Origin: Podarcis vaucheri
Taxonomy: Eukaryota
Assembly: GCA_965113315.1 (NCBI GenBank)
Contig: OZ220371.1
Length of the DNA stretch: 64,000 nucleotides
Reading direction: 5' to 3' (one strand)
Below the pieces are notes generated by a model, which was given only the letters and a program-made list of their open reading frames with translations, searched no databases and was not told the origin of the DNA. Position 1 is the stretch's first letter, and each line of letters begins with the position of its first letter. Below are positions 24,152-36,881 of this stretch, piece after piece. The position numbers and the translations under genes were made by a program.

Positions 24152-26765
24152 TGTGTATAACACGAAAAATGAGAAAGTGAGACTCTTCCGTCGCAGAAGC
24201 ACAATGGAATTTAATCACAATGTTTTCTTTCCTTGGGAGCTATAGGTGTTACATTCTTAGATGCAACAACACTAAGAGGTGTTAATGTAATTCTAACAAG
24301 AGGCATCATGAGGAGCAAGGGACTCTGTTAGAGAGTTGCTGGCCAGTGGGGCAGCCATGTTTTCTTTGGAAAAAGCACAGGAATACCCTTTGGAACAATC
24401 ATGTTGTGCCATTTCTAGAAAAATTAACCAACGAACTTAAACTAGCATGGGGACAAGCAACGAAGGACATCTTCACCCCAGTGTGTTTCCCCTTATCACA
24501 TATACAGCACAGCAGGACAATGACCTATCCCCACAACAACATATGAATCATTATGGCTAACCTGACACAACAACCCCCCACAAAACATACTGCAACCAAC
24601 CAAGCACAACCAACCAAACCTGGACCCTCCAATCTCTCACAATGCCAATAAAAACAAGTAACTATATAAATAAAGTTTTGACTGTTATTTCCATCAAGCT
24701 GTTAATATGATTAGTCAAGGAGGCATGAGATCAAGACCCTGCATAGATGCGGATGGTGTTATTCTCTGGTTGCAATTATTTCACTATTAGAGTGTTAACA
24801 GGCTCACCAAGGCTATCTCCATCCTTGTATTTTATTTACTGTAGCTCAAATTCGTGCAAAAATGAAATCATCTTCTTGTTTGTATAATTGAGATTCCATA
24901 AGCATTTTGGAAACTCAATTGGCTCACTAAACAACACCTCACTTCATGTCATAAGCAGTCATTGTTTGCCAGTTTTAACTGTCAGCTAACAAATAATCTT
25001 TTAGAACACGTAGAAAAATAATTAAGTGGCAAGAAATCAGCCATCCATAGCAGAACAACTGAACGCTATATCAATAACAGGACATTTACTTGAAACTTCA
25101 GCTCAATAGGAGTCGAATCCACAGTCCTTCAGTGCCAGACACCTCATTGATTCAAGTACCAAAAAAATCTTTAATTACCAAGTAACAAGAACTTTCAGGT
25201 GTTCAATTACTTACCAGATGGAGCCCATATAGTATCTGAGAAGCATATGGAAATTACCAGAGAAAAATGAGTACTGTTTTTATTAAAATGATACAAGAGT
25301 GTAGATCATACCAAATTCCATATGCCAATAGAACATCCCAGGAACAAGATTTTACATATCAAACACTTGGCTTCGTCAACAAAAGATCTCCGCCTATTGA
25401 AATTTGTATTCAGTTGTTGGAAGGCGCTCCTAATAAAACATTACTTCCACATTAAGGTGTATATATAATAACAGCAATTGGAAGATATATAGAATGTGAA
25501 AACCGTAAGTTTCTATTTTACTCCAGAGGCCTGCACCACATTACGGTGTTTCTCTTTAGGTTTGCTTCTAGCAAAGCATTCAATGCAAATGCACAAATGC
25601 AATCTACCCACCTTTTTCAGACAAGTAAAAGTGTTAGCATTGCATTAAAAGGCAGCATGAATGTCCTGTTTTCTGAGAGAAACTCTCTTAGATATAGATA
25701 TCCATTTTTATTTTATGTTAAAAGACTTAAGGTTGTGTTTTCCCCTGTGTTGTCACCTGCTGGAGCAATTTAGCACTTGGTTTATGTTGTAATTTTCTTA
25801 GATCTGAGTTAACATCTACTGATGTTACCTTGTAATACTTCCATAATGTGAAACTTTTGTCCTGTGGTGGTTGGATGACTAGGTATAAATAAATGCATCT
25901 TGTCTATTTTTTATGATACAATAATATAATAATAATTATGGATTGAATTCAATAGTGGCTTTGCACTAGTGGAAAGCAGTTCTGTTTGCTCGTGATGAAT
26001 TTTCCTATGCAGTATAGTCTACCGTACCCCCTCCCCCCCCCAAAAAAAAATCTGGTTCTGAGGGTACTCTGGAACAGTATAGAAAATGATGCCAAGTGCT
26101 GCGGTAGATAAGGAAGCTAGCAAAACCCAAAAAGTTCCACCTTGTATAAACAGAAGTGTTTCCTGCTGGCTCACTGTTGGATACAAGCCAATAGTTGTTT
26201 AGTGCTATCTGTGTACAAGGAGCTTTAGGGAATCATCAAAATTTAGACAGATCCCAACCACAAACTCAAGTCTGACAGAGAGAGGAAAGGCAAAGGATGA
26301 CAGAGGTAAAGAGTAACAAGGGATGAACGTAAGCAAATGCTGTACTTAATAGGGATGAATGGACCAGCCTCAGTATTGATTTAGGAGTCAGAAATCTTAA
26401 ATCACCTGGGAGTAGCACAGTCAACTGAGATGTGGAGACCTCTAGGTCCCATTGCATGCCTGGCAGTATCAGCTGAGGGGCAGGAAGCTTCAGGAAGGCC
26501 TACTGGTACTTTGGCCCTGTTTGGTCTTCTGGGATTTCAGTCAAGCTCTGAAATACGTCTTTAGAAACACCAGGCGGATCCTACAAATACATGTGCTGCA
26601 ACTGGGCCCCACAGAATTTATCAGCAGTCTTGCAATTAAGGATGAAGACTTCTGGATACTAGTTGCTGGAAACCTCAGGAGGAGAGAGTGCTCTTGGGCT
26701 TAGGTCTTGCTTGAGGGTTTCCATGGGCATCTGGTGGCCACTGTGCGCACAGGATGCTGGACTAG

Positions 26766-27206
26766 AATTCCTGCTCCGTGATTGCAGTCATGGGATTTTT
26801 GTCTATCACATGACAGTGTATGTTTTGACTCCACAAAGTGGGAAGTGACGGACACAGGATGTTTGTGTTACTGTGTTCTGTGAAGTGGGACTATTGTCCC
26901 TTGTTCTTTTTCTCTTTGCTGTCTGATGCTAGAGAGAGAGGGAGCCATGTTGCAGTGTTCAGTGTGTGTTTATATATAAATAAAGTAGATTAGCCAAAAT
27001 GCTGAGATGCTGAGGTCTGTTATGCAAGCTGTGAAGACTCTGAGGATCCCTAAGTGTGCTAGTGTCGGTTGGCATCAGTCGCTGTGATGTTCGGGCAGAA
27101 GAAAGCTTTTGAAGCTCCCGAATGTTCAAACAGGAGGGAGGCAACATGCCAGTCAGACATGTGTCTCTGCCAGGGTCCTACTCGAGTGTAGGCTGAACTC
27201 CTGACA
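26766..27206 (+). mobile_element. Probable solo LTR lacking its 5' TG end
   Basis: Ends ...tcctgaca; internal AATAAA near 26979; splits an older CR1-tail motif (ggatgctggactag | atgagccactgg). Confidence 0.5.
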
Positions 27207-27598
27207 ATGAGCCACTGGCTCTTCTTATGTGTGTGTGTTTTAACACCAGGGGTTTTTTTCTGAATGCAAGTTTGTCTTTCCAGCTGCTTCTAGATCTCAA
27301 CCAGTTGCACAGGCTCCCACTGCCATACTTGGCCCAGTTGGCAAATGATACATCACCAATGGTGCTTGATGGGACTAACCGAGATATGCTTCCTGGTTTT
27401 TGCCAGCCAGCTAATGAACTATGGTTGGGGCAGGGTCATTTAAAAATGTTTTGTTCATATAAATAGCTTTGGAGTTGTTGTACAAATATCTTTGGGGGAA
27501 GAGGTGCTATGTCATGCTATTGTTTGTTTTTCAGAAAATGAAATAGAGACAAATTTATACACACAAATATTGATTTATTTGCAGTCATTACTTCTATT

Positions 27599-27912
27599 AA
27601 AGGTAAAGGGACCCCTGACCATTAGGTCCAGTCGTGACCTACTCTGGGGTTGCGGCGCTCATCTCGCTTTATTGGCCGAGGGAGCCGGCGTACAGCTTCT
27701 GGGTCATGTGGCCAGCATGACTAAGCCACTTCTGGCGAACCAGAGCAGCGCACAGAAATGCCATTTACCTTCCCACTGGAACGGTACCTATTTATCTACT
27801 TGCACTTTGACATGCTTTTGAACTGCTAGGTTGGCAGGAGCAGGGACTGAGCAACGGGAGCTCACCCCATCGCGGGGATTTGAACTGCCGACCTTCTGAT
27901 CGGCAAGTCCTG
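27599..27912 (-). mobile_element. Sauria (POM) SINE, 5'-truncated
   Basis: Near-identical to the 20710 copy but lacking the first ~40 nt. Confidence 0.93.
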
Positions 27913-29229
27913 CCGTATGCTGAATTAATACTTAGACGTAGGATCAGCATTAGCTATCAAAGAACCCTAGAAAGAGTCAAAAGTGTTGAGTTCCATCCAT
28001 CCCACAACACACACACTTCCTCTTGGCCCTAAATCACCCTCTTGCATAACAACCCTGCCCCTCCTGTCCCCTACTTACTTTGATGCAGCTGCCTTTACCA
28101 ATTTAGGCAAGAATAGCTTGGACACCCAGCAGATGCCAAGCATCAAGCTAGCACCCAAGACAAATGTACTATTCAGTAAATCAGTGGGCTGGTTTTATGT
28201 AGAATTACAACTCATTACTTTAGAATTTTTCATTATCTTTCATTTTGCAGCAAGAAAAGACAACATTTTGAAGCTTTCTGCATACCTTTCACTTTTTAAT
28301 CTTATTCATCTCTGCAGATACAGTTAACAAGATTGCAACTTTAACACACTTTTTTTTTACAGCAAAATAATGTTAAGGGGTTGCAATTAGTGCCTTTTAA
28401 TACAAACAGTTTCATTTGTGAAATAGGATTTTAAGTAATAAGCCATCTGTTGTTCCCCTTTCTAATGGTTGCAACTTATTATGTATTTTTAATGGTGATC
28501 CTAATTTAGATCACACTTCATCACCGGGAAATAAATAGATATAGGACTGCTGTTTGTTTTCATCATAATTTTATGCATTAAATGCCAAATGTTTATTATC
28601 TCTTGCAATAATAACCATAACACTTCTAACATATAAATGTTGTTTCTCAAGAATTCAGAGGAAAGCTTGTCTTTATATAATGCCTTTTCAGTACCATAAT
28701 CCTCTACGGAATGGAGACAAAGAGCCTCGCCACTGTAACATCTTTGTTTAAAAGGCAAGAACACATGATGACTATTACTTTTTAAGCACTTCAAACTCTT
28801 TAATACACTGAAAGAGGATGCATATTATAACACAACCCACCTGATCCTAAACCATTTTTTCTTGGAACCATATCCCATTTGTTTCAGTATAATATGGAAG
28901 ATCACAACAAAGACTGGTTCATGTTAACAGGCATTTTGAATATATACACACGTAGGTATTACTTTGCCTTTACAACAGTGTTGGCTGGTGCGCATTGGAG
29001 CTGGAAAGATGGAAGGCATAGAGACCAAAAGTGGGTGGAGCCAGAGCCAATAACAGGCAGAGCCACCCTCTGATTGGTTGTAATTAAGATGTCTAGGATC
29101 TCATGAAACCAGGCAGCACCTCTACAGAAAGGAGATTTCCTGGCTCCTACACACCAGCCTCTACCACTGCGACAAGCAGCAGCAGCTTTGACAGCTCTTC
29201 CACCACTACTGCCCTGAAAGGGCCTTCTG

Positions 29230-29420
29230 GTTTCACACCATATATTTAAAGCACTCTTCTACAACTTTCACAGCCAGAGGTTGCCCCAAAGCATCATGGG
29301 AACTGTAGTTTGTTACGGATGCTGGGAAGTGCAGCTCTGTGGGGGTATCCTAACTCTCAGCACCCTTAAGAGACTACCATTCTTAGGATTCTTAGGGGGA
29401 AGCCATGACTCTAAAAGTGC
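29230..29420. mobile_element. Old palindromic DNA-transposon-like repeat (also at 1-175 and at 2075-2200 plus 3126-3222)
   Basis: Shared catgggaactgtagtttgtt...gctctgt...actaccattc...ggggaagccatgact motif. Confidence 0.6.
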
Positions 29421-29805
29421 CTGCATGGAGACTGGTTGGGGGTGATGGGAGTTGGAGCCTAACAAGTTCTGGGCTGGTTGCTGGAAACCGCAGGTTCCCT
29501 GTCCCTGAGTTATGCAGTAAAATGGAGTTCTAGCTTAACCACCCTCCTGCAAAAATAATTTCCTGCTTTGCCATATGTTGGTGGGATGGCCTGTGGCCCA
29601 AGTGAGATCCTGTTCCTCCTGCCTTTAAAAATAATGAGTATGCTGCGTTCTGAATGCTGCAGCAATGAGAAGAGGATATGCTAGGAGACTAGAAGACTAA
29701 CAGGATGGGAGAAGTCATGTCTACATCACCTCCACCAAACCCCATCACTTTTAAAGGTATAACATGACATCACTTCCAGCCTCTTCTAAATATTTTGAAA
29801 TAATA

Positions 29806-30255
29806 TTAAAGCTATGGTTTTCCCAGTAGTGATGTATGGAAGTGAGAGCTGGACCATAAAGAAGGCTGATCGCCAAAGAATTGATGCTTTTGAATTATGG
29901 AGCTGGAGGAGATTCTTGAGAGTCCCATGGACTGCAAGAAGATCAAACCTCTCCATTCTGAAGGAAATCAGCCCTGAGTGCTCACTGGAAGGACAGATCC
30001 TGAAGCTGAGGCTCCAATACTTTGGCCACCTCATGAGAAGAGAAGACTCCCTGGAAAAGATCCTGATGTTGGGAAAGATGGAGGGCACAAGGAGAAGGGG
30101 ACGACAGAGGACGAGATGGTTGGACAGTGTTCTCGAAGCTACCAGCATGAGTTTGACCAAACTGCGGGAGGCAGAGGAAGACAGGAGTGCCTGGCATGCT
30201 CTGGTCCAGGGGGTCACGAAGAGTTGGACACGACTAAACGACTAAACAACAACAA
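29806..30255 (+). mobile_element. BovB (RTE) LINE 3' fragment
   Basis: ORF 29814-30245 (VVMYGSESWTIKKADRQRIDAFELW...) is a BovB ORF C-terminus; (AAC)n tail. Confidence 0.95.
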
Positions 30256-33116
30256 TCACAGGGCATTAAGTCAAGGGACTAAATGTAAGCCTTGACAAAG
30301 CAAGAACAACAACAACAACAACCCTATGTTACTTGGTAGTCTTCACCTCCAAGTAATTCACTTTTTTCTTGGGATTAGGTTAGACGGGCTGATGTGCTGC
30401 CTGCTTCATTTGCATCATAAGGATGAAAATCCAGTGGAAGAGACAAGGATGTATCTTCTCCTCCAGTGACAGATAAAATGAGAAGAACACTTCAGGTGCT
30501 AAGAAATGCTGTAAACAATGCAGCTCCTAATATAGAAAGAGATCAGTAGTTGGAGATGCATCGACTTGATGTGTTTCCCCGCTATTACCTTGACTTCTAC
30601 AATCAGCAGACCATCTCCAAATGATTCTTCATTCTGGCAACACACAGTGAATAAAAAGTAGCCAAGCTAAGAGCCATAAATGTGCAGGGATTGCCTACCA
30701 GAAGGAGATTACATCTTGAGGAAGCTATATTGCTGAATTTTAAAGCAGAGACATTTGTGTTTCATTACAGCCTTCTGGATATTTCTTTTTTGCCTACCTT
30801 TAAAACTGTGGGGCAAGTTCCCTATTTGTTCCAAGAAAATATTTTATTTCCAAATGAAGACTATGTGCACAAATATTGTTAGGCTCACCCCCACTTCTCC
30901 TAGCAATGAGAAGTTCTGGGGTGCTGTGCTTTCCCTGGGTTTGGTTCCCAGTAGAAAGAGGTGACTCAGAACGTAATGGCTTTTGTAATATTTACAAATA
31001 TACAGGCTGAGCATAAATGGAGACAAAGCCTAAACACTCCAGCTGGCAGTCCAAGTCTGCCAGTCACACATCAGATCTCCAAGCACTTTCAGACATTCTC
31101 AGGGCCCGGGCTCAGCTTCTTATGTCTTTCTCAGTCTTAAACTAAAACTGCAGTCTGTGGTTCTTTTCAGCCAGAGACACCTTGCCCCCTCACACTGGCG
31201 AAGACACCTTCTGTACCAATTTTTAAATGCCTGCTAAAAACCTTTCTGCTCTGCCGGGCCTAGGCTGGCAATTATGAGTACATCCTCCGCAATGGTCTTT
31301 TGAAGTTTGTTTTTAACTTATTTTAAACTATTTTTGTGGGCCTATTTGTGGGTTTTATGTTATTGCGTTGTTGCAAACTGTTGTGATATATCATTATCAT
31401 ATGATAATGCAAATATGTAAAAATTTCGTTTGAAATATTCATATGGGAATATCATCTCTTCCAATTATCACTGCCCTTCATAGGACCCATGGAGACACAT
31501 CAGCAGGACAAATGGTGACTGGTTCTCAGTGGGACTAGTAGGGCAGAAGTTGGGGGGACCAACAGTAGCTGGAGACAATGATAAGCAGATCCAACTAATT
31601 CTAGATTTGTCCTCATCCTCTTCAATGCAGGAATATGCAACTACAACATATAAACCGGGCTGAAGTCCATATCATGTTTCATAATTTTTGACCTGGCAAT
31701 ATATTTTGAATCATGGGGTGTGTGGGTGGGTGTGTCTGTGCTATGCAAAAATCACAATTTGGGAAAACCTGTGAAGCCAGTCAATGCCTCTGCATAGCTC
31801 CATCCTTATTTCAGGCATCGTGATATATCAGTATATTCTGAAAACCAGATATCACCCAGCCCCACCCACCACCACCCCAGGCAGTCTGTTCCAGTAACAT
31901 ATGAACTGGTCCTAACCCTTCATCACTTCAGCTTAGGGCTCTCCATGGTAGAGGAAGCATACCAGTTTTTCAGTTGTACTTCAATTAGTTCAACCAAAGA
32001 CCGTTAGATTAGGACTATGTGATCCACAACCAGGCTACTTTCTTTGATTTAGAACAGGTGTAAAGAACCCCCAGCCCATGGGCTAATCTTGCCCCCACCC
32101 TCCCCGGAGGGTCTAAATTGGCCTGCAAGGCCATTCCCCCGAAACTGACAACATAATCATACTGCCTTTAGCAAGAATAAATCCATTTAAAATCAGCACT
32201 TTCCAATTTCAAAAGGTAGTGAATCTGGTTATTTTCACTCCTGGTTTGATAGCCACAGAAATGTCATACAATGGAGGGTTAAAATTCTTCTCAAGGAATC
32301 CTCAGCTGAAGATGCTAAAAAACTTCACATTAGGAACTACTGAAATGCAGAAGATCAGTGACCTAGTTGTTCTGCTATTCGTGTTATCAATACAATTGAC
32401 ACTAATACATATCATTTGTAAGCCTCGTCTCCTTCTTCGAATCAATAGGAGCAGCCAATTTGAACCCATCAATGCACTAGCCTTTGTAACAGTAGTTCAC
32501 TGAGTCCTCTGATAATAGTCTGGCAATGTGTGTTCTTCATAACTACCAGCATTTACTGAATGTTCCTGGTGCTCAAAAAAAGGAGAGACCTGAAAATAAA
32601 CTGCATTTCATTCTGTGCTATACAGAAAGGAAATAAAAATGCATCTCCATTATGAATAGCATTCCCCGACACTTTCGTCTCAGTCCACATTTATTAAGGG
32701 CTTTATATAAATATTCTTAAATTATTGCAAGGTCATTTTAAAATACTAGTTGCATAGACAGTTTTCCTGGGTCTTTCCTAAGACTTTTCTTGATTCTGCT
32801 ATATATTTCTGAATCTGATTTTTCCACTACCAGATATTGCTCATGCACTTTGAAATTCTGCTTTGAAAGTGCCACTATCATATTGTTTGCTTGTCAAACA
32901 GCTTTAATGGCTAGACAATGATATTAGGCATGGTACCAAAATGATGGATGGGTAGCTTATTCCCACCTGCTGCTTTTCTTACTCGGTACAGATGCCAATT
33001 TATATAATGTAGCTGATTCCCACTAGCAAATCAGAAGAATTACTAAGCCACAACAGTGAGAGATCAGTGCCTAGCTCTTTTTTTGTAGACAAACAATTCT
33101 GCGGAATGCATATTTC

Positions 33117-33117
33117 C

Positions 33118-33151
<34 letters not shown>
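33117..33151. repeat. (TTTA)n microsatellite
   Basis: About 8 units immediately 5' of the L1 insertion. Confidence 0.9.
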
Positions 33152-33153
<2 letters not shown>

Positions 33154-33168
33154 AAAAATTAATAAGTG

Positions 33169-34687
33169 AGGGCCTTCAGACTTGGAAGAGGAGGGAAGAA
33201 GGAGAATAGAATAAGAGACTGTTTGATTACCCTCCGATCTAAAGAAGAGAGAGATAAAATTTTGGGCTGGCATTACGAGAAGACTTTGGTAATACAACAG
33301 TCAAGAGTGGAAATATTTAAAGATATCCCAAAACATCTTCTGGACCTTAGGTCCAATTTTGGTTGCGCTGCTGAGAAGGAACAAAATCATCTTCAGGTGG
33401 GAATTTCCTCAAGGTCTATCCTTCAGCTTTAAAGGAAGGAAAATAAAAATAAGATCAGTAGAAGATAAAATAAAGTTTCTGTTTAAATACAAAGAAGATC
33501 TGCAGAAGGGAAGTGGAAAAGAGCCAACAGTATTGGACAGAAGATCACCAGATAGAGGGTCAGAGCAAAGAGCATTGGAGAGAAGATCACCAGACAGGGA
33601 AACGTTGGACATATCGACATTATCCTTTGGATTGGACCCCCCAGTGAATGTGCCAACACCACTACCAACAGAAGAGGAGCAAGCTTTGGGGGCAGTTGGG
33701 GGGGTACAAAAGTAACCACATGATGGCGCTGCAGGTCTTGAGTTGGAATGTGAATGGACTGAACTCCCCTGTAAAAAAGGCGGAGAGTATTTCATTTATT
33801 GAAAAAAGAGCATTTGGACTTGATTTGTTTACAAGAAACACATGTGACAAGGCTACACAGGAAGTTATTGAATAATAAAAGATTAGGCCAAGAATTTATT
33901 TCATCGGATAAAGTAAAAAAAAGAGGAGTGGTCCTCTACGCAAAGGAGAGCCTATCACCAAAATTTTTATTTAAAGATGATCAAGGAAGATTCGTTGCAA
34001 TTGAAATTCAAACGCCAGAAGAAAAATTCTTGATAGTAGGTATTTATGCACCAAATGAAGGAAAATCGGAATTTTTTAAGAAGTTACATGAGATTCTGAT
34101 GGACTATATGGATTACAATATGATTTTGATGGGAGATATGAATGGTGTGGTATCTACAAATATGGACAAGGCACAGAGACAGGTAGTCACTGACTGGCAG
34201 AATCCGAGACCAGGGAGAAGAGTCGGTGGAAGAAGATTGGAAAAAATTCAAAGTATATTTACAGAAATATTGTAAAATTAATGAATGTTAGAAGGATGCT
34301 GGAATGAAGTTACATGGTTTTAGCAGAAATGTTATAAAGAACTAAGTTAAGATAGATTGTTAATGGGCCAAAGTGTAAAATTTAAGGTCAGATTGTGTTA
34401 AGATAAATTATAGAACAAAAATTGAGAAAGATGGAAAGGATTTGCTGAAATAGCTAATTGAACAAGAATACAAAAAAGGGGGGTGTGAGAAGGTCGATGA
34501 TACAAGTAAATGAAAGGTAGAGATATAGAGATATTGGATGTGTTTTTTAAATGTTTTTGCTTTTCTTGTTGTTTTGCTGTATTTTTTTTTTGTTTTTTCT
34601 CTTTATTTTTGATGTATTGTGAACTTTTTACTGTTTCTTTCTTCTTTTTTCTGTAACTATTAAACTTTTAATAAATATCTTTTTTAA
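33169..34687 (+). mobile_element. L1-clade LINE, 5'-truncated and internally deleted (ORF1 C-terminus, ORF2 endonuclease, ORF2 tail, 3'UTR)
   Basis: ORF1-like FRWEFPQGLSF ends at TAA 33715; ORF2 ATG at 33720 (SWNVNGLN, LQETH, GIYAPN, GDMN); jump at 34190/34191 to the last ~33 codons; TSD aaaaaaattaa[t/g]aagtg at 33152-33168 and 34688-34704. Confidence 0.92.
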
Positions 34688-34704
34688 AAAAAAATTAAGA
34701 AGTG

Positions 34705-35190
34705 TCCTGATGGATGAGACCAAAAGTTGATCTAGTCTAGTGCCATGTTCCCCCAATGGCCAAATATCTGCCTATGGCAGCGGTTCTCAACCCGTGGATC
34801 CCTAGATGTTGTTGGACTACAACTCCCATCATCCCTGAGCTTTGGCCTTGCTAGCTAGGGGTGATGAGAGTTGTAGTTCAACAACATCTGGGGACCCACA
34901 GGTTGAGAAAGGCTGGTCTATGGGAAGCCAACATTTAGGAAATAAGCCCACAGTATTTTCCTACTTAGGCTCCCCAGCAACTGATATTCAGAGGTAATAT
35001 ATAGCCATCATGCCTACTAGTCATTGATAGCCTAATCTTCCATATATTTGTTTAATCATCCTTTAGAGATGCTGAAAGTTAGCAGCTATCACTATCATAT
35101 GGTAGCAAGTGTCATAGCTTAACAATATGCTATGTGAAGACATACTTCTCTTTTGTCGGTCCTGGATCTCCTACAATTCAGCTTCATTGG
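34705..35190 (-). mobile_element. Old CR1 3' end, interrupted by a MITE
   Basis: gatggatgagaccaaaag...ctagtc tail; decayed ORF2 end (atgtgaagacatacttctcttttgtc). Confidence 0.6.
34778..34915. mobile_element. Palindromic hAT-Charlie MITE with SPIN-like TIR
   Basis: cagcggttctcaacc...aggttgagaaaggctg; TSD gcctatgg / gtctatgg. Confidence 0.92.
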
Positions 35191-35191
35191 A

Positions 35192-35390
35192 CTCTAGATT
35201 AATGGACTATTCTGATATGCTTTACACAGGGCTACCCTTGAAAATGGTCTGAAGGTTGTAACTGATGTGAAATGCAGTAGCCAAGATGAGAATTTAAAAA
35301 TGTGACTTCCATTTTGAAAGAATAGCGCAGGTGGCCAATTATCTTCTGAGCTGGATTAGTGGTGCTTTTGGTAACATACAAAGCTCTGGA
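35192..35390 (+). mobile_element. Decayed L2 fragment
   Basis: Degenerate match to SRLDY..LY.GLPLK..LQL..NA.A coding sequence. Confidence 0.5.
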
Positions 35391-35391
35391 T

Positions 35392-35500
35392 CAGGCACAG
35401 GCAAACTCCAGCCCTCCAGATGTTTGGGACTACAATTCCCACCATCCCTGACCACTGGTCCTGTTAGCTAGGGGTGATGGGAATTGTAGTCCCAAACATC
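35392..35500. mobile_element. hAT MITE of the 15949 type, right TIR lost
   Basis: caggcacaggcaaactccagccctccagatgtttgggactacaattccc...cccaaacatc. Confidence 0.88.
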
Positions 35501-36227
35501 CTCCCATGCCAACCTGCCTGCGCATTATGCACAACAGAGGAGGCTTTGCACATTCACCTGTCACCGAATGAGCTATGCGGTACATGGTGTGCATGGAAAA
35601 GTGACATCTGTGGTGACCTCGTCCCTATAAACTTCCCCTCTGAAATACATCATGAACCAACACCATTATCATTCCAGCTACGACACTTTGCCCAGGCTTT
35701 TAGGTGGGATCAAGTTTAGTGCTGGCTGGTAGAATCTTGTTACATTCAGATTCCCCTGCCATGGTACATTTTCACTGATGGTAAAATTGTTGTTTGCTTT
35801 AGGTTTTGAAATATTGTTAAGTATGGTTTGAACACAAATGTATTCCCACCCATAAAATAGTGCATAAACTTAAACTGTATCAGGGCACTGTGGGGATGCC
35901 AGTGGGGGGGGGGGGGAAATGGTAGATGAAGTAAAAGTGAAACCCCAGAGGTCCTGCTTTCCATCTGTTGTCCAGTGTCCAGGATCTGCTCTACACAGGA
36001 TGAATCCAGGTGGAAAAGGTTTATGTGCACAATATTTTGACCAAAGAATTTGACCGGCAGATTTGTGGTAGAGGACAACAGTGTTCCCATGAGTTTATAG
36101 AAGAAAGAGCTGATAAGCTAGTTACCATGAACAGGAAGATAACCAGGTTTGTGCATTTTCTGCAATGAAGCAAGCCACATTACACCACCAACCTCGTTTT
36201 TAGCTTGCCCCACATTGGGCCAATCTA

Positions 36228-36881
36228 TGGGCCCATCACTTCCTGGCAAATAGAAGGGGAAGAAATGGAGGCAGTGAGAGATTTTACTTTCTTGGGCTCC
36301 ATGATCACTGCAGATGGTAACAGCAGTCACAAAATTAAAAGACGCCTGCTTCTTGGGAGAAAAGCAGTGACAAACCTAGACAGCATCTTAAAAAGCAGAG
36401 ACATTACCTTGCCAACAAAGGTCTGTATAGTTAAAGCTATGGTTATCCCAGTAGTGATGTATGGAAGTGAGAGCTGGACCATAAAGAAGGCTGATCACCG
36501 AAGAATTGATGCTTTTGAATTATGGTGCTGGAGGAGACTCTTGAGAGTCCCATGGACTGCAAAAAGATCAAACCTATCCATTCTTAAGGAAATCAGCCCT
36601 GAGTGCTCACTGGAAGGACAGATCCTGAAGCTGAGGCTCCAATACTTTGTCCACCTCATGAGAAGAGAAGACTCTCTGGAAAAGACCCTGATGTTGGGAA
36701 AGATGGCGGGCACAAGGAGAAGGGGACGACAGAGGACGAGATGGTTGGACAGTGTTCTCGAAGCTACCAGCATGAGTTTGACCAAACTGCGGGAGACGGT
36801 GGAAGACATGAGTGCCTGGCATGCTCTGGTCCATGGGGTCATGAAGAATCGGACACAACTAAACGACTAAACAACAACAAC
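36228..36881 (+). mobile_element. BovB (RTE) LINE 3' fragment
   Basis: Open frame to 36870 (DFTFLGSMITADG...KAMVIPVVMYGSESWT...); (AAC)n tail. Confidence 0.95.

Noticed and set aside
24860-25530. A-rich, coding-looking tract as a possible endogenous viral element
   Set aside because: The frames I translated are interrupted and show no viral motif; TBLASTX would be needed
29786-30295. Antisense and alternate-frame ORFs over BovB (also 36495-36920, 50031-50994)
   Set aside because: Shadows of LINE coding sequence
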